Shown: positions 1 through 12,567, numbered from the stretch's first letter. The stretch is 64,000 nt of DNA from Ranitomeya imitator (GCF_032444005.1 NC_091284.1:133548001-133612000), one strand, 5' to 3'. The notes: generated by a model from the sequence alone, not told the origin. Program-made: numbers and translations.

Positions 1-1524
1 ACTCATGCAATCCCTGAACATCCTCCTCGGTATGTTTACTCTGCTCCTCTGTTGCAAGCAGTACTCATAAGTGCTAACAGACTCGATTAACCCCTTTCTG
101 ACATCTGACATACTATCCCGTCGAGGTGGTATGGGCCCATATGACTACCGACGGGATAGTACGTCATCACCGATCAGCCGCGCTCACGGGGGGAGCGCGG
201 CCGATCGGGGCCGGGTGTCAGCTGACTATCGCAGCTGACATCCGGCACTATGTGCCAGGAGCGGTCATGGACCGCTCCTGGTACATTAACTCCTACATTA
301 ACTCATTAACTCAAGGATGATCGCAGTGTTCCAGCGGCACAGTGAAGCATCACACAAGGAGAGGGCTCCCTGCGTGCTTCCCTGAGACCCTCGGAGCAAC
401 GCTATGTGATGGCGTTGCTCCGAGGGTCTCCTACCTCCCTGCAGGCCCGGATCCAAAATTGCTGCGGGGTGCCTTCCGGGTCCTGCAGGGAGGTGGTTTT
501 CAAGCACCTGCTCAGAGCAGGCGCCGGGAAGCCCTCCTGCAGTGCTTGTCAGATCGCTGATCTGACACAGTCCACTGCAAAGTGTCAGATCAGCGATCTG
601 TCACTTTACTGTGATGTCCCCCCTTGGAGCAATGTAAAAAAGTAATATTTACTTGTGTAAAAAAATATATAATAAATTCCTAAATAAAGAAAAAATATCT
701 ATATTGTTCCAATAAATACATTTCTTTATCTAAATAAAAAAAACAATAAAAGTACACATATTTAGTATTGCCACGTCAGTAACGACCCGACCTATAAAAC
801 TGTCCCACTAGTTAACCCTTTCAGTGAACACCGTAAAAAAAAGAAAAAAAAGGAGGCAAAAAATAACACTTTATTATCATACCGCCAATCAAAAAGTGGA
901 TCAAAAAGACGAATATAAATAACCATGGTACCGCTGAAAACATCATCTTGTCCCGCAAAAACGAGCCACCATACAGCATCATCAATGATAAAATAAAAAA
1001 GTTATAGTCCTCAGAATAAAGCGATGCAAAAATTATTATTTTTTATATAAAATAGTTTTTATCGTCAAAACAAAAAAAATGATATAAATGAGGTATCGCT
1101 GTAATCGTTCTGACCCAAAGAATAGAACTGCTTTATCAATTTTACCAAACGTGGAACGGTATAAGCACCCCCCCAAAAGAAATTCATGAATAGCTGTTTT
1201 TTGTTCATTCTACCTCAAAATAAAAAGCGATCAAAAAATGTCACGTACCCGAAGATGGTACCATTAAAAACGGCAATTCGTCCTGCAAAAAACAAAACCT
1301 CACATGACTCTGTGGACCAAAATATGGAAAAATTATAGCTCTCAAAATGTGGAGATTGAAAACCTATTTTTTGCAATAAAAAGCGTCTTTTAGTGTGTGA
1401 CGGCTGCCAATCATAAAAATCCGCTAAAAAAAGCTATAAAAGTAAATCAAACCCCCCTTCATCACCCCCTTAGTTAGGGAAAAATAATAAAATTAAAAAA
1501 AATGTATTTATTTCCATTCTCCCA

Positions 1525-1862
1525 TTAGGGTTAGGGTTAGGGTTGGGGCTAAAGTTAGGGTTAGGGTTAGGGATGGGGCTAATGTTAGGGTTAGGGTTGG
1601 GGCTAAAGTTAGGGTTGGGGCTAAAGTTAGGGTTAGGGTTGGGGCTAAAGTTAGGGTTAGGGTTAGGGTTGGGGCTAAAGTTAGGGTTAGGGTTGGGGCT
1701 AAAGTTAGGGTTGGGGTTAGGGTTGGGGCTACGGTTAGGGCTAAAGTTAGGGTTTGGATTACATTTACAGATGGGATTAGGGTTGGGATTAGGGTTAGGG
1801 ATGTGGTTAGGGTTATGGTTGGGATTGGAGTTAAGGGTGTGTTTGGGTTAGGGTTTCGGTTA
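1525..1862 (+). repeat. Interstitial telomere-like (TTAGGG)n tract with TTGGGGCTAAAG variant spacers
   Basis: Directly visible TTAGGG repeats mixed with GGGTTGGGGCTAAAGTTA units. Confidence 0.9.
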
Positions 1863-1869
1863 GAATTGG

Positions 1870-2950
1870 GGGGTTTCCACTGTTTAGGCACATCAGGGGC
1901 TCTCCAAATGCGACATGGCGTCCGATCTCCATTCCAGCCAATTCTGCGTTGAAAAAGTAAAACAGTGCTCTTTCCCTTCAGAGCTCTCCCGTGCGCCCAA
2001 ACAGTGGTTTACCCCAACATATGGGGTATCACTGTACTCAGGACAAATTGAACAACTTTTGGGCTCCAATTTCTCCTGTTACCCTTGGGAAAATACAAAA
2101 CTGGGGGCTAAAAAATAATTTGTGTGAAAAAAATGATTTTTTTATTTTCAAGGCTCTGCATTATAAACTGTAGTGAAACACTTTGGGGTTCAAAGTTCTC
2201 ACAACACATCTAGATAAGTTCCTTGGGGGTCTAGTTTCCAATATGGGCTCACTTGTGGAGAGTTTCTACTGTTTAGGTACATCAGGGGATCTGCAAACGC
2301 AATGTGACGTCTGCAGACCAATCCATCTAAGTCTGCATTCCAAACGGCACACCTTCCCTTCTGAGCTCTGCCATGCGCCCAAATGGTGGTTCCCCCCACA
2401 TATGGAGTGTCAGCGTACTCAGGACAAATTGGACAACAACTTTTGGGGTCCAATCTTTCCTGTTACCCTTGGGAAAATACAAAATTGGGGGCGAAAAAAT
2501 CATTTTGTGGTTAAAAAAGAATTTTTATTTTCACGGCTCTGCGTTATAAACTGTAGTGAAACACTTAGAGGGTCAAAGTTTTCACAACACATCTAGATAA
2601 GTTCCTTAGGGGGTCTTCTTTCCAAAATGGTGTCACTTGTGGGGGGTTTCAATGTTTAGGCACATCGGGGGCTCTCCAAACACGACATGGTGTCCTATCT
2701 CAATTCCAGTCAATTTTGCATTGAAAAGTCAAATGGAGCTCCTTCCCTTCCGAGCTCTGTCATGTGCCCAAACATTGGTTTACCCCCACATATGGGGTAT
2801 CAGCGTACTCAGGACAAATTGGACAACAACCGTTGGGGTCCAATTTCTCCTGTTACCCTTGGCAAAACAAAACAAATTGGAACTGAAGTAAATTTATTGT
2901 GAAAAAAGATAAATGTTCATTTTTTTTTTAAATATTCCAAAAATTCCTGT
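1870..2950. repeat. ~385-bp tandem units inside the piggyBac-like element
   Basis: (c/a)TGTTTAGG(c/t)ACATC..GGG recurs at ~1880, ~2269 and ~2652. Confidence 0.7.
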
Positions 2951-4717
2951 GAAACACCTGAAGGGTTAATAAACTTCTTCAATGTGGTTTTGAGTACCTT
3001 GAGATGTGCAGTTTTTAGAACGTTGTCACACTTTGGTATTTTCTATTATATAGACCCCTCAAAGTGACTTCAAATGTGATGTGGTCCCTAAAAAAAATGG
3101 TGTTGTAAAAATGAGAAATTGCTGGTAAACTTTTAACCCTTATAACTCCATAACAAAAAAAAATATTGGTTCCAAAATTTGTGCTGGTGTAAAGTAGACA
3201 TATGGGAAATGTTACTTATTAAGTATTTTGTGCAACATATCTCTGTGATTTAAGGGCATAAAAATTAAAATTTGGAAAATTGCAAAATTTTCAACATTTT
3301 TGCCAATTTTCCATTGTTTTTCACAAATAAACGCAGGTAATACCAAAGAAATTTTACCACTATCATGAAGTACAATATGTCACGAGAAAACAGTGTCAGA
3401 ATCATTAGGATCCGTTGAAGCGTTCCAGAGTTATAACCTCATAAAGGGACAGTGGTCAGATTTGTAAAAATTGCCCGGTCATTAACGTGCAAGCCACCCT
3501 TGGGGTAAAGGGGTTAAAGGGCATCTATCAACAGAATCAACCCCTCTAAGCCATATATATGGGATATAGGTCATGGAAGGTTGATTAAGATGATACACTG
3601 ACATTTGTGATCTGATATTTTATTCCAGAGAAATCCACAATCTTCTTAATATGTAAATGACCTGTTAAGATCTATGGGCCGCACATAGATCTTCCTGAGA
3701 ATTTATTGCTAAGCTTAGTTTTAGCCAAAAATGCATGCATTTAAATAAAAATTAATTGCCCCCAAAAGTGTCCATATTCTATAAAGAGAACCTTTCACAA
3801 CTTTTGTCATTATAAACTTTTTTTTGCATTTTTATTTTTTCCACTCCTTTGAAGAGCTACAGGTAGCTTAAATATTCTGATTTGATCAGCTGTCATGTAC
3901 CCCTAACAGTCGGAGGTGTAATCACTATCCACCCACAGCTGTTAACATGTTAAATGATGCTGTCAATCTCTGACAGTGATATTTAACATGATCGCGAGTC
4001 ACAAACCCAGAACCATCAGCACCCATGTTACATGATCGTGGTGCGCAGATGGGTTGGCATAACAACCAGGAGTCTGCAGAAGACCCCCACGCTTGTCATT
4101 GCTGACCTGCTGTGAATGCTAGTGCATTCATAGGAGATGATCATTTCAGGCGATCAGATGAGAAAAAAAACGGCGTAACAAGAAAAAAAATGAAATCGCC
4201 AGAATTATGTTTCTTTATCTCTGCAACATTGCAATAACGATCAAAGGCGATCAAAGCATTGTATCTACCCCATAATGGTATCAATAAAATTGTCAGCTCA
4301 GTGCACAAATAAGCCCATCACTTAGCACCAGAACCTGAAACATGGAGATGCTAGGAGTCTCAGAAAATTATGTCATTTTTTTTTTACAAACTTTTGAATT
4401 TTTTTAACCAACTAAATGAAAAAGAAGCTATACAATTTGGTATCTGCAAACTCATAATAACCTGGAGAATCATAATGGCAGGTCAGTTTTAGCATTTAGT
4501 GAACATGACAAATTGCCTTTTAGGCTACATTCAGCCCTCTTTTCATTTGTTATCTCTTTTTCATGATAGTCTAAAAGTGAAGCAGAAAAACTTCAATTCT
4601 ATAGCAATAAAATGGAACACGGAACACTCCTGTCTTGTGTGAATACAACCAAATTGAAAGCTAATCAGTCAACATAAAGTGTGTCCTTGGAGGGGCCCAA
4701 TCTCTGGTGATTAGTAA

Positions 4718-6186
4718 TCTAATATATAAAGCTGAATGTGTGTGTGTGTGTGTTTGTCCGGGATTGGCATCAGCACCGTCGCAGCTACAGCCACAAAATT
4801 TTGCACAGTCACACGTCTGGACCCTGAGCGTCATAGCGTCATAGGCTATGTTGTGAGGCAAAATTTTACCCCGCACGTTCCAATTCACCAAACAATTTTG
4901 CCCCTATATACATAATGAGGAAAAAGTGAAAGGAAAAGTGTTGGAGGCAAATTGACAGCTGCCACATGTGAACAAGGGGGACTTAAAGAGTGAGAGCGAT
5001 GGCGCCAAAGAGTATATACCGTACAGTTGCTAAGGTGGGGCCCCGACATGGGATACTCACCACACACGGGGATATGAACACACACACAAAATGCGCCACA
5101 TACTACCACGTGCTTGAACACATATCACCCTCAGCACACATTTCACCACACATACACCAACCTCACCACATAAAAGTTGAAACACAAAAGTCACCGCTCA
5201 AAACTCGCCACGTGCAAAACTCGCCACATGCAAAACTAGGCTCACGCAAAACTAGCCACACGTGCAAAACTCACCTCATGGAAAACTCGCCACACGCAAA
5301 ACTTGCATGCGCGGAAAAATTGCCACATGCACAAAAGTTGCAACACATGCAAAAGTTGCCTCACACAAAACTTGCACCACACATAAAACTCGCCACGTGC
5401 AAAACTCGCCATGCGCAAAACTTGCTGCACACAACTTGCTACACTAACCTGTCACATGCAACTCGACACACAAAAAGTTGCTACACGCATGTCGCCACAC
5501 AAAACTCATCTCACAAAAGTCGCTACATGTATGTCGCCACACACAACTCAACACACACAACTTGACACATGAAACTCGTCCTAAAACACACACAAGTCTG
5601 GTATTATCCTTCAAAAATAAAAATCTGATTAATAAGCAGACAAACTACAAGAGCAACAACTGTACCATATAGGAAATACGTCAGCTGTCAGTCACATGAC
5701 CTGTCTATTATGTGTATGTGTGAGCTAATATATACTGCCAGGGGGAGGGCTTCCTGTTGGCTGGGGATTTATCAGGCTGCCAATTTAGCTTACAAATACT
5801 GAGGTAAAAATACTGAGCAAATAACGTGTGAATGAGGTCTAATACAGGAGGAGATGACACACAGGTGTTTACTATATATAAGGGAGATGACAAACATGTA
5901 TATACTGAGGGGAAAATGAGAGGTGTGAGGTGAAAATGAGAGGTGTGAAGTGAAAATGAAAAGGTGTGAGTGCAAAATGAGAGGAGTGAGGGAAAATAGT
6001 GGAGTGATCGGAAAATGACAGATGTGAGGTCGAAATGACAAGTGTTAGGGGGGAATGAGAGGAGTGAGGGGGAATGAGAGGAGTGAGGGGGAAATAAGAG
6101 GAGTGATGGGAAAATAAGAGAAGTGAGGTACTATAACTAACCACAGATATTTACTATGCCCAGGCAATGCCGGGCTCTTCAGCTAG
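4718..6186 (+). mobile_element. Non-autonomous Helitron copy 1
   Basis: A|TCTAATATATAAAG 5' end; 3' hairpin GCCCAGGCAATGCCGGGC then CTAG; internal CA-rich and GA-rich minisatellites. Confidence 0.85.
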
Positions 6187-6217
6187 ACTAATATATAAAG
6201 CTGAATGTGTGTGTGTA

Positions 6218-7867
6218 CAGTTAGGGCCAGAAATATTTGGACAGTGACACAAGTTTTGTTATTTTAGCTGTTTACAAAAACATGTTCAGAAATACAATTA
6301 TATATAATATGGGCTGAAAGTGCAAAATCCCAGCTGCAATATGATAGTTTCCACATCCAAATCGGAGAAAGGGTTTAGGAATCATAGCTCTGTAATGCAT
6401 AGCGTCCTCTTTTTCAAGGGACCAAAAGTAATTGGACAATGGACTCTAAGGGCTGCAATTAACTCTGAAGGCGTCTCCCTCGTTAACCTGTAATCAATGA
6501 AGTAGTTAAAAGGTCAGGGGTGGATTCCAGGTGTGTGGTTTTGCATTTGGAAGCTGTTGCTGTGAGCAGACAACATGCGGTCAAAGGAACTCTCAATTGA
6601 GGTGAAGCAGAACATCCTGAGGCTGAAAAAAAAGAAAAAATCCATCAGAGAGATAGCAGACATGCTTGGAGTAGCAAAATCAACAGTTGGGTACATTCTG
6701 AGAAAAAAGGAATTGACTGGTGAGCTTGGGAACTCAAAAAGGCCTGGGCGTCCACGGATGACAACAGTGGTGGATGATCGCCGCATACTTAATTTGGTGA
6801 AGAAGAACCCGTTCACAACATCAACTGAAGTCCAGAACACTCTCAGTGAAGTAGGTGTATCTGTCTCTAAGTCAACAGTAAAGAGAAGACTCCATGACAG
6901 TAAATACAAAGGGTTCACATCTAGATGCAAACCATTCATCAATACCAAAAATAGACAGGCCAGAGTTAAATTTGCAGAAAAACACCTCAAGAAGCCAGCT
7001 CAGTTCTGGAAAAGTATTCTATGGACAGATGAGACAAAGATCAACCTGTACCAGAATGATGGGAAGAAAAAAGTTTGGAGAAGAAAGGGAACGGCACATG
7101 ATCCAAGGCACACCACATCCTCTGTAAAACATGGTGGAGGCAACGTGATGGCATGGACATGCATGGCTTTCAATGGCACTGGGTCACTTGTGTTTATTGA
7201 TGACATAAGAGCAGACAAGAGTAGCCGGATGAATTCTGAAGTGTACCGGGATATACTTTCAGCCCAGATTCAGCCAAATGCTGCAAAGTTGATTGGATGG
7301 CGCTTCATAGTACAGATGGACAATGACCCCAAGCATACATCCAAAGCTACCCAGGAGTTCATGAGTGCCAAAAAGTGGAACATTCTGCAATGGCCAAGTC
7401 AATCTCCAGATCAAAACCCAATTGAGCATGCATTTCACTTGCTCAAATCCAGACTTAAGACGGAAAGACCCACAAACAAGCAAGACCTGAAGGCTGCGGC
7501 TGTAAAGGCCTGGCAAAGCATTAAGAAGGAGGAAACCCAGCGTTTGGTGATGTCCATGGGCTCCAGACTTAAGGCAGTGATTGCCTCCAAAGGATTTGCA
7601 ACAAAATATTGAAAATAAAAATATTTTGTTTGGGTTATGTTTATTTGTCCAATTACTTTTGACCTCCTAAAATGTGGAGTGTTTGTAAAGAAATGTGTAC
7701 AATTCCTACATTTTCTATCAGATATTTTTGTACAACCCTTCAAATTAAACGTTACAATCTGCACTTGAATTCTGTTGTAGAGGTTTCATTTCAAATCCAA
7801 TGTGGTGGCATGCAAAGCCCAACTCGCGAAAATTGTGTCACTGTCCAAATATTTCTGGCCCTAACTG
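6218..7867 (+). mobile_element. Full-length Tc1/mariner transposon copy 1
   Basis: TA TSD (6216-17, 7868-69); TIR CAGTTAGGGCCAGAAATATTTGGACAGTGACACAA; intact transposase. Confidence 0.97.
6575..7612 (+). CDS. Tc1 DD34E transposase, 345 aa
   Basis: N-terminal HTH with GRPR linker; catalytic motifs WTDETK, MDNDPKH, SPDQNPIE. Confidence 0.95.
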   Translation: MRSKELSIEVKQNILRLKKKKKSIREIADMLGVAKSTVGYILRKKELTGELGNSKRPGRPRMTTVVDDRRILNLVKKNPFTTSTEVQNTLSEVGVSVSKSTVKRRLHDSKYKGFTSRCKPFINTKNRQARVKFAEKHLKKPAQFWKSILWTDETKINLYQNDGKKKVWRRKGTAHDPRHTTSSVKHGGGNVMAWTCMAFNGTGSLVFIDDIRADKSSRMNSEVYRDILSAQIQPNAAKLIGWRFIVQMDNDPKHTSKATQEFMSAKKWNILQWPSQSPDQNPIEHAFHLLKSRLKTERPTNKQDLKAAAVKAWQSIKKEETQRLVMSMGSRLKAVIASKGFATKY

Positions 7868-8207
7868 TATGTATGTGTGTGTATGTCCGGAATTGGCATC
7901 TGCACTGTCGCTGCTACAGCCACAAAATTTTGCACAGTCACACATCTGGACCCCGAGAGCGTCTTAGGCTATGTTGTGAGGCAAAATTTTAACCCCGCGC
8001 ATTCCAATTCACCAAACAATTTTGCCCCTATCTACATAATGGGAAAAAAGTGAAAGGCAAAGTGTTGGAGGCAAATTGACAGCCAGGAGGAGATGGTATA
8101 CAGGTATATACTATATACAGGGGAGATTATATACAGCTATATATTATATACAGTAGGAGATGACATACAGGTATATACTATATACAGGGAGATGACTTAC
8201 AGGTATA

Positions 8208-10060
8208 TCTAATATATAAAGCTGAATGTGTGTGTGTATGTCCGGGATTGGCATCTGCACCGTCACAGCTACAGCCACAAAATTTTGCACAGTCACACGT
8301 CTGGACCCTGAGAGCGTCATAGGCTATGCTGTGAGGCGAAATTTTAACCCAGCGCGTTCCAATTCACCAAACAATTTTGCTCCTATATACATAATGGAGG
8401 AAAAGTGAAAGGAAAAGTGTTGGAGGCAAATTGACAACTGCCAGATGTGAACAAGGGGGACTTAAAGAGTGAGAACGATGGCGCCAAAGAGTATATACCG
8501 TACAGTTGCTAAGGTGGGGCCCCGACATGGGATACTCACCACACACGGGGATATGAACACACACACAAAATGCGCCACACACTACCACGTGCTTGAACAC
8601 ATATCACCCTCAGCACACATTTCGCCACACATACACCAACCTCACCACATAAAAGTCGAAACACAAAAGTCACCGCTCAAAACTCGCCAAGCGCAAAACT
8701 CGCCACATGCAAAACTAGGCTCACGCAAAACTAGCCACACGTGCAAAACTCATCTCATGGAAAACTCGCCACACGCAAAACTTGCACACGCGGAAAAATT
8801 GTCACATGCACAAAAGTTGCAACACATGCAAAAGTTGCCTCACACAAAACTTGCACATACTCAAAACGCACCACACATAAAACTCGCCAGGCGCAAAACT
8901 CGCCATGCGCAAAACTTGCTATGCGCAAAACTTGCTGCACACAACTTGCTACACTAACCTGTCACATGCAACTCGACACACAAAAAGTTGCTACACGCAT
9001 GTCGCCACACAAAAACTCATCTCACAAAAGTCGCTACATGTATGTCGCCACACGCAACTCAACACACACAACTTGACATATGAAACTCGCCCTAAAACAC
9101 ACACAAGTCTGGTATTATCCTTCAAAAATAAAAATCTGATTAATAAGCAGACAAACTAAAAGAGCAACAACTGTACCGTATAGGAAATACGGCCGCTGTC
9201 AGTCACATGACCTGTCTATTATGTGTATGTGTGAGCTAATATATACTGCCAGGGGAGGGCTTCCTGTTGGCTGGGGATTTATCAGGCTGCCAATTTAGCT
9301 TACAAATACTGAGGTAAAAATACTGAGCAAATAACGTGTGAACGAGGTCTAATACAGGAGGAGATGACACACAGGTATATACTATATACAGGAGGAGATG
9401 ACACACAGGTATATACTATATACAGGGGAGATGCACACACATATATACTATATACAGGGGAGATGACACAGAGGTATATACTATATACAGGAGGAGATGA
9501 CATACAGGTATATACTATATACAGGAGGAGATGACACACACATATATACTATATACAGGGGAGATGACACACAGGTATATACTATATACAGGAGGAGATG
9601 ACACACTGGTATATACTATATACAGGGGAGATGACATACAGCAGGTATATGCTATTTACAGGGGAGATGACATACAAGTGTATACTATATATAAGGGAGA
9701 TGACAAACATGTATATACTGAGGGGAAAATGAGAGGTGTGAGGTGAAAATGAAGGGTGTGAGGTGAAAATGAAAAGGTGTGAGTGCAAAATGAGAGGAGT
9801 GAGGGAAAATAGTGGAGTGATCGGAAAATGACAGATGTGAGGTCGAAATGACAAGTGTTAGGGGGAATGAGAGGAGTGAGGAGGAATGAGAAGAGTGAGG
9901 GGAAAATATGAGGAGTGAGGGGGAAAATGAGAGGTGTAAGGGAGAAAATGAGAGATGTGAGGGGAAAATGAGAGGCGTGATGGGAAAATAAGAGAAGTGA
10001 GGTGCAATAACTAACCACAGATATTTACTATGCCCAGGCAACGCCGGGCTCTTCAGCTAG
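8208..10060 (+). mobile_element. Non-autonomous Helitron copy 3
   Basis: A|TCTAATATATAAAG ... GCCCAGGCAACGCCGGGC TCTTCAG CTAG|T; highly similar to copy 1 with expanded ~31-bp minisatellite (9355-9700). Confidence 0.87.
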
Positions 10061-11088
10061 TGTATCTATAAAAAACATATTATGTAAATGCAAATATCTT
10101 TTACAACGTATATCTGTAGATATGACATAATTACATTATTACCCTTGTGCAAACTTATACATCATTAATAACATTGATGTGGATTTTAGATAAGCTATGT
10201 TTAGACTACACGATCTGCAGCCATTAAATGACCATCGATCGGCCATATGTTAGGTAGTTTTATAAATATCCGCTTAGACAAGCCAACCATCTTCCAAATA
10301 GCCCCTGACATTGGAGGCAGGTGGCAAAATTTTGCACACATAGAATTTGGCACTTCAAGGCAACCACCCAAACTTCACTGCTCTTGGTAGTTTTTATTAC
10401 ATGCACCATAACTGAAATCACCACAAAATATATTACCTGTGTCACCAGTATGAAGTGATTCCTTAGTTTTTTTTTAGAATTATATTACAGCTCCAAAAGT
10501 CACCTCATTCTAAGACTAGAGTAAACAATAGTAGTTCTGGGCCTAGGCTCATAAACCTTGTGGGCCTAAGCAATGGATTCTCTCTTCTGGCAAAAGTCAT
10601 TGATATTTTTTTTAAATATATAGGTATACTGTATTTTTTCATAATTGACAGAAAATGTAATTTATTACATTATGATATTGTCATACTTTAAAATAACAAT
10701 ATATCTTTGCAGATTATAAATCCTATTCTTAGTATGTCCTCAAATTCTCAATATAATTAATTAATCCTGTCTGACATTTGAGCATTATGAGTTTTTTCTA
10801 CAGACATAGCAGGTTGAAACCAAATATTTGGCGCTGAACCATGTTGTTAGTCTTTAATCCAGAGCATTGAAACATGTAGGTTAAAGCAATGTTCACCATG
10901 ACTGTATTGTGGGTCTTACTATGCTTTTATGACAACCTTCCATAGAAACCAATTAATGTCCAGCTTTTTCAATAGCATCATAAGAAATGAAAGGTGTGCA
11001 TGCATTGATTAATTGTTTTGGACAACAAAGATATTTTTTTCTTCTAGAAAGGGTCTTTAATCTTCCCCCCTAGTGTTTATTAATTTAC

Positions 11089-11190
11089 CTTCTCCCTGGC
11101 TTTATTTTTGGTCTCTTCATCCATCCAATCATTTTCTTTTTCCAGCATGTCAATGAAAGCCCAGCGAATTCCTTCAATAACTTCTTCCAT
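11089..11190 (-). CDS. PHEX: PHEX coding exon, orthologous to human exon 12
   Basis: 102 bp, AG/GT; [34 protein letters not shown] vs human [34 protein letters not shown]. Confidence 0.96.
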
Positions 11191-11591
11191 CTAGTCAAGA
11201 AAAGTTGAATTACACATTTGATTGCTTAACATGTATAAGGTAAACTCGGTTTCACATGCCAAACATTCAAGATCAGAGAGCATTCTGTGGTGTGCAGACC
11301 AGCTATGGATTCACTGATCCAAACTCTAATGAGTTCAGGTCAAGAGACCTGCGACTGGTCCATACATTGATATCTTTCACATACTTGTACCATGATTGTT
11401 GGACGTGTGAAAGCAGCCTACCACTTTCAAAAACAAATACATAGGTAAATTACAATAATTATTTTGGTAGTATTAAATATTTAAATGTTTATTTTCACTG
11501 GTCTGAAAGATGATCCTTTAAAATGAGTTAGTTGCAAAACCAGACCTGTTAAAAAGTCAAAAGTTCCAATTATGAGGGGCACATAAGTACC

Positions 11592-12442
11592 TGTTAGGGG
11601 TCAAGTTCCCGCCTCTGCACAAGGGGAATTTCAGGCCATCTCCGCTGTGGTCTCCCATTCTTCTCCTGCCGCAGTGGAGCCTGCTCAGCGGAGACGTCGG
11701 TCCCAAAGTCTCGCTCAGTCTCTGAGTAACTCTGTACAAAGAGTTACTGCTGCTTTTCCTGCTTCTGCCATTGGAGTCAGTGCTGGGCAGCGGCGAGCTG
11801 ACACTTCTGGGACTAAGTCCTACTTTTCTCATTCTGAGCATGCCCAGAGTAAGATCTCTCAGTGGAGATCGAGGGTCACATGATCAGATACTGCAGCTAA
11901 GACCATTGGTCCTTCAGGAAGGTCCTGTAGGTGCTCACGCTCTGTGGCAGCCTCTCATTGGTCCTTCTAGGAAGGTCCTGTACGTGCTGCAACTATTTAA
12001 GGCACGGCCATGCGCTAGTATTGTTCTATGTTATGTGCTTTGCGCCAGTGTGGTCACGTAAGAGTGTGTTCAGGGACCCGGCTGAAATAAGCCCCTAGAA
12101 TGCTGGCACCTCTGGCGAGGAGATTGTGTTTGTATGTATTCAGGGACCCGGCTGAAATAAGCCCCTAGAATGCTGGCACCTCCGGCGAGGAGTTTTGTGT
12201 GCATGCGTGACCACTGACTGCTCTCTGTTTGGGCAGTTAGCCTGTGCCTCTGTGAAGTCTAACAGGGCACAGTGCTTTGCTTTCACGGCTACTCGGCGAA
12301 TTAACTGAGTTAGTCCATACCGCCATATAGTGCCGCCGTTTGCCAGCAGCAGGTTCTCCTGCACGGTGGACCCCGGGCTGCGAACGCACCAATAATAATA
12401 AAAACATCTATATTTACTCGGTGCGTTCCGCTAGCCCTAACA
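11592..12442 (+). mobile_element. Solo LTR related to Gypsy element A
   Basis: TGTTAGGGG...CCCTAACA, similar to LTRs at 19637 and 24712; flanked by 6-bp AGTACC duplication. Confidence 0.92.
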
Positions 12443-12567
12443 AGTACCTTTTGAACTATGTGGTAGATCTTGGAATATCCTATGTAACTTCACAAAACTA
12501 AAAAAAACACCATACTGTATATGGCACTCTGATGTATATGTTTAATTCATGCAATAGCAATAATTAA

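Larger units (their letters stand above)
91..3513. mobile_element. Non-autonomous piggyBac-like DNA transposon
   Basis: TTAA at 87-90 and 3514-3517; termini CCCCTTT...AAAGGGG; no transposase ORF; internal telomere-like tract and ~385-bp tandem units. Confidence 0.75.
6187..8207 (+). mobile_element. Helitron copy 2, internally deleted, interrupted by Tc1
   Basis: Starts directly after the CTAG of copy 1 (ACTAATATATAAAGCTG), resumes after Tc1 at 7868, jumps to the family minisatellite; no 3' end seen. Confidence 0.75.

Noticed and set aside
1508-1891. LGLG and TLTL ORFs
   Set aside because: Translations of the telomere-like repeat
4990-9159. His/Lys/Thr-rich ORFs (4990-5565, 8469-9159 and others)
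   Set aside because: Read from Helitron CA-rich minisatellites; duplicated between copies with frameshifts
1-11088. PHEX exon 13 (and exon 8 in 51875-64000)
   Set aside because: Searched by eye for AKVGYP-like and IPHENR-like sequence and found none; probably outside the window, but could have been missed
11557-12364. Recurring ORFs in LTRs (MLRMRK..., MLGVEFP...)
   Set aside because: Recur only because the LTRs are repeated; no protein motif
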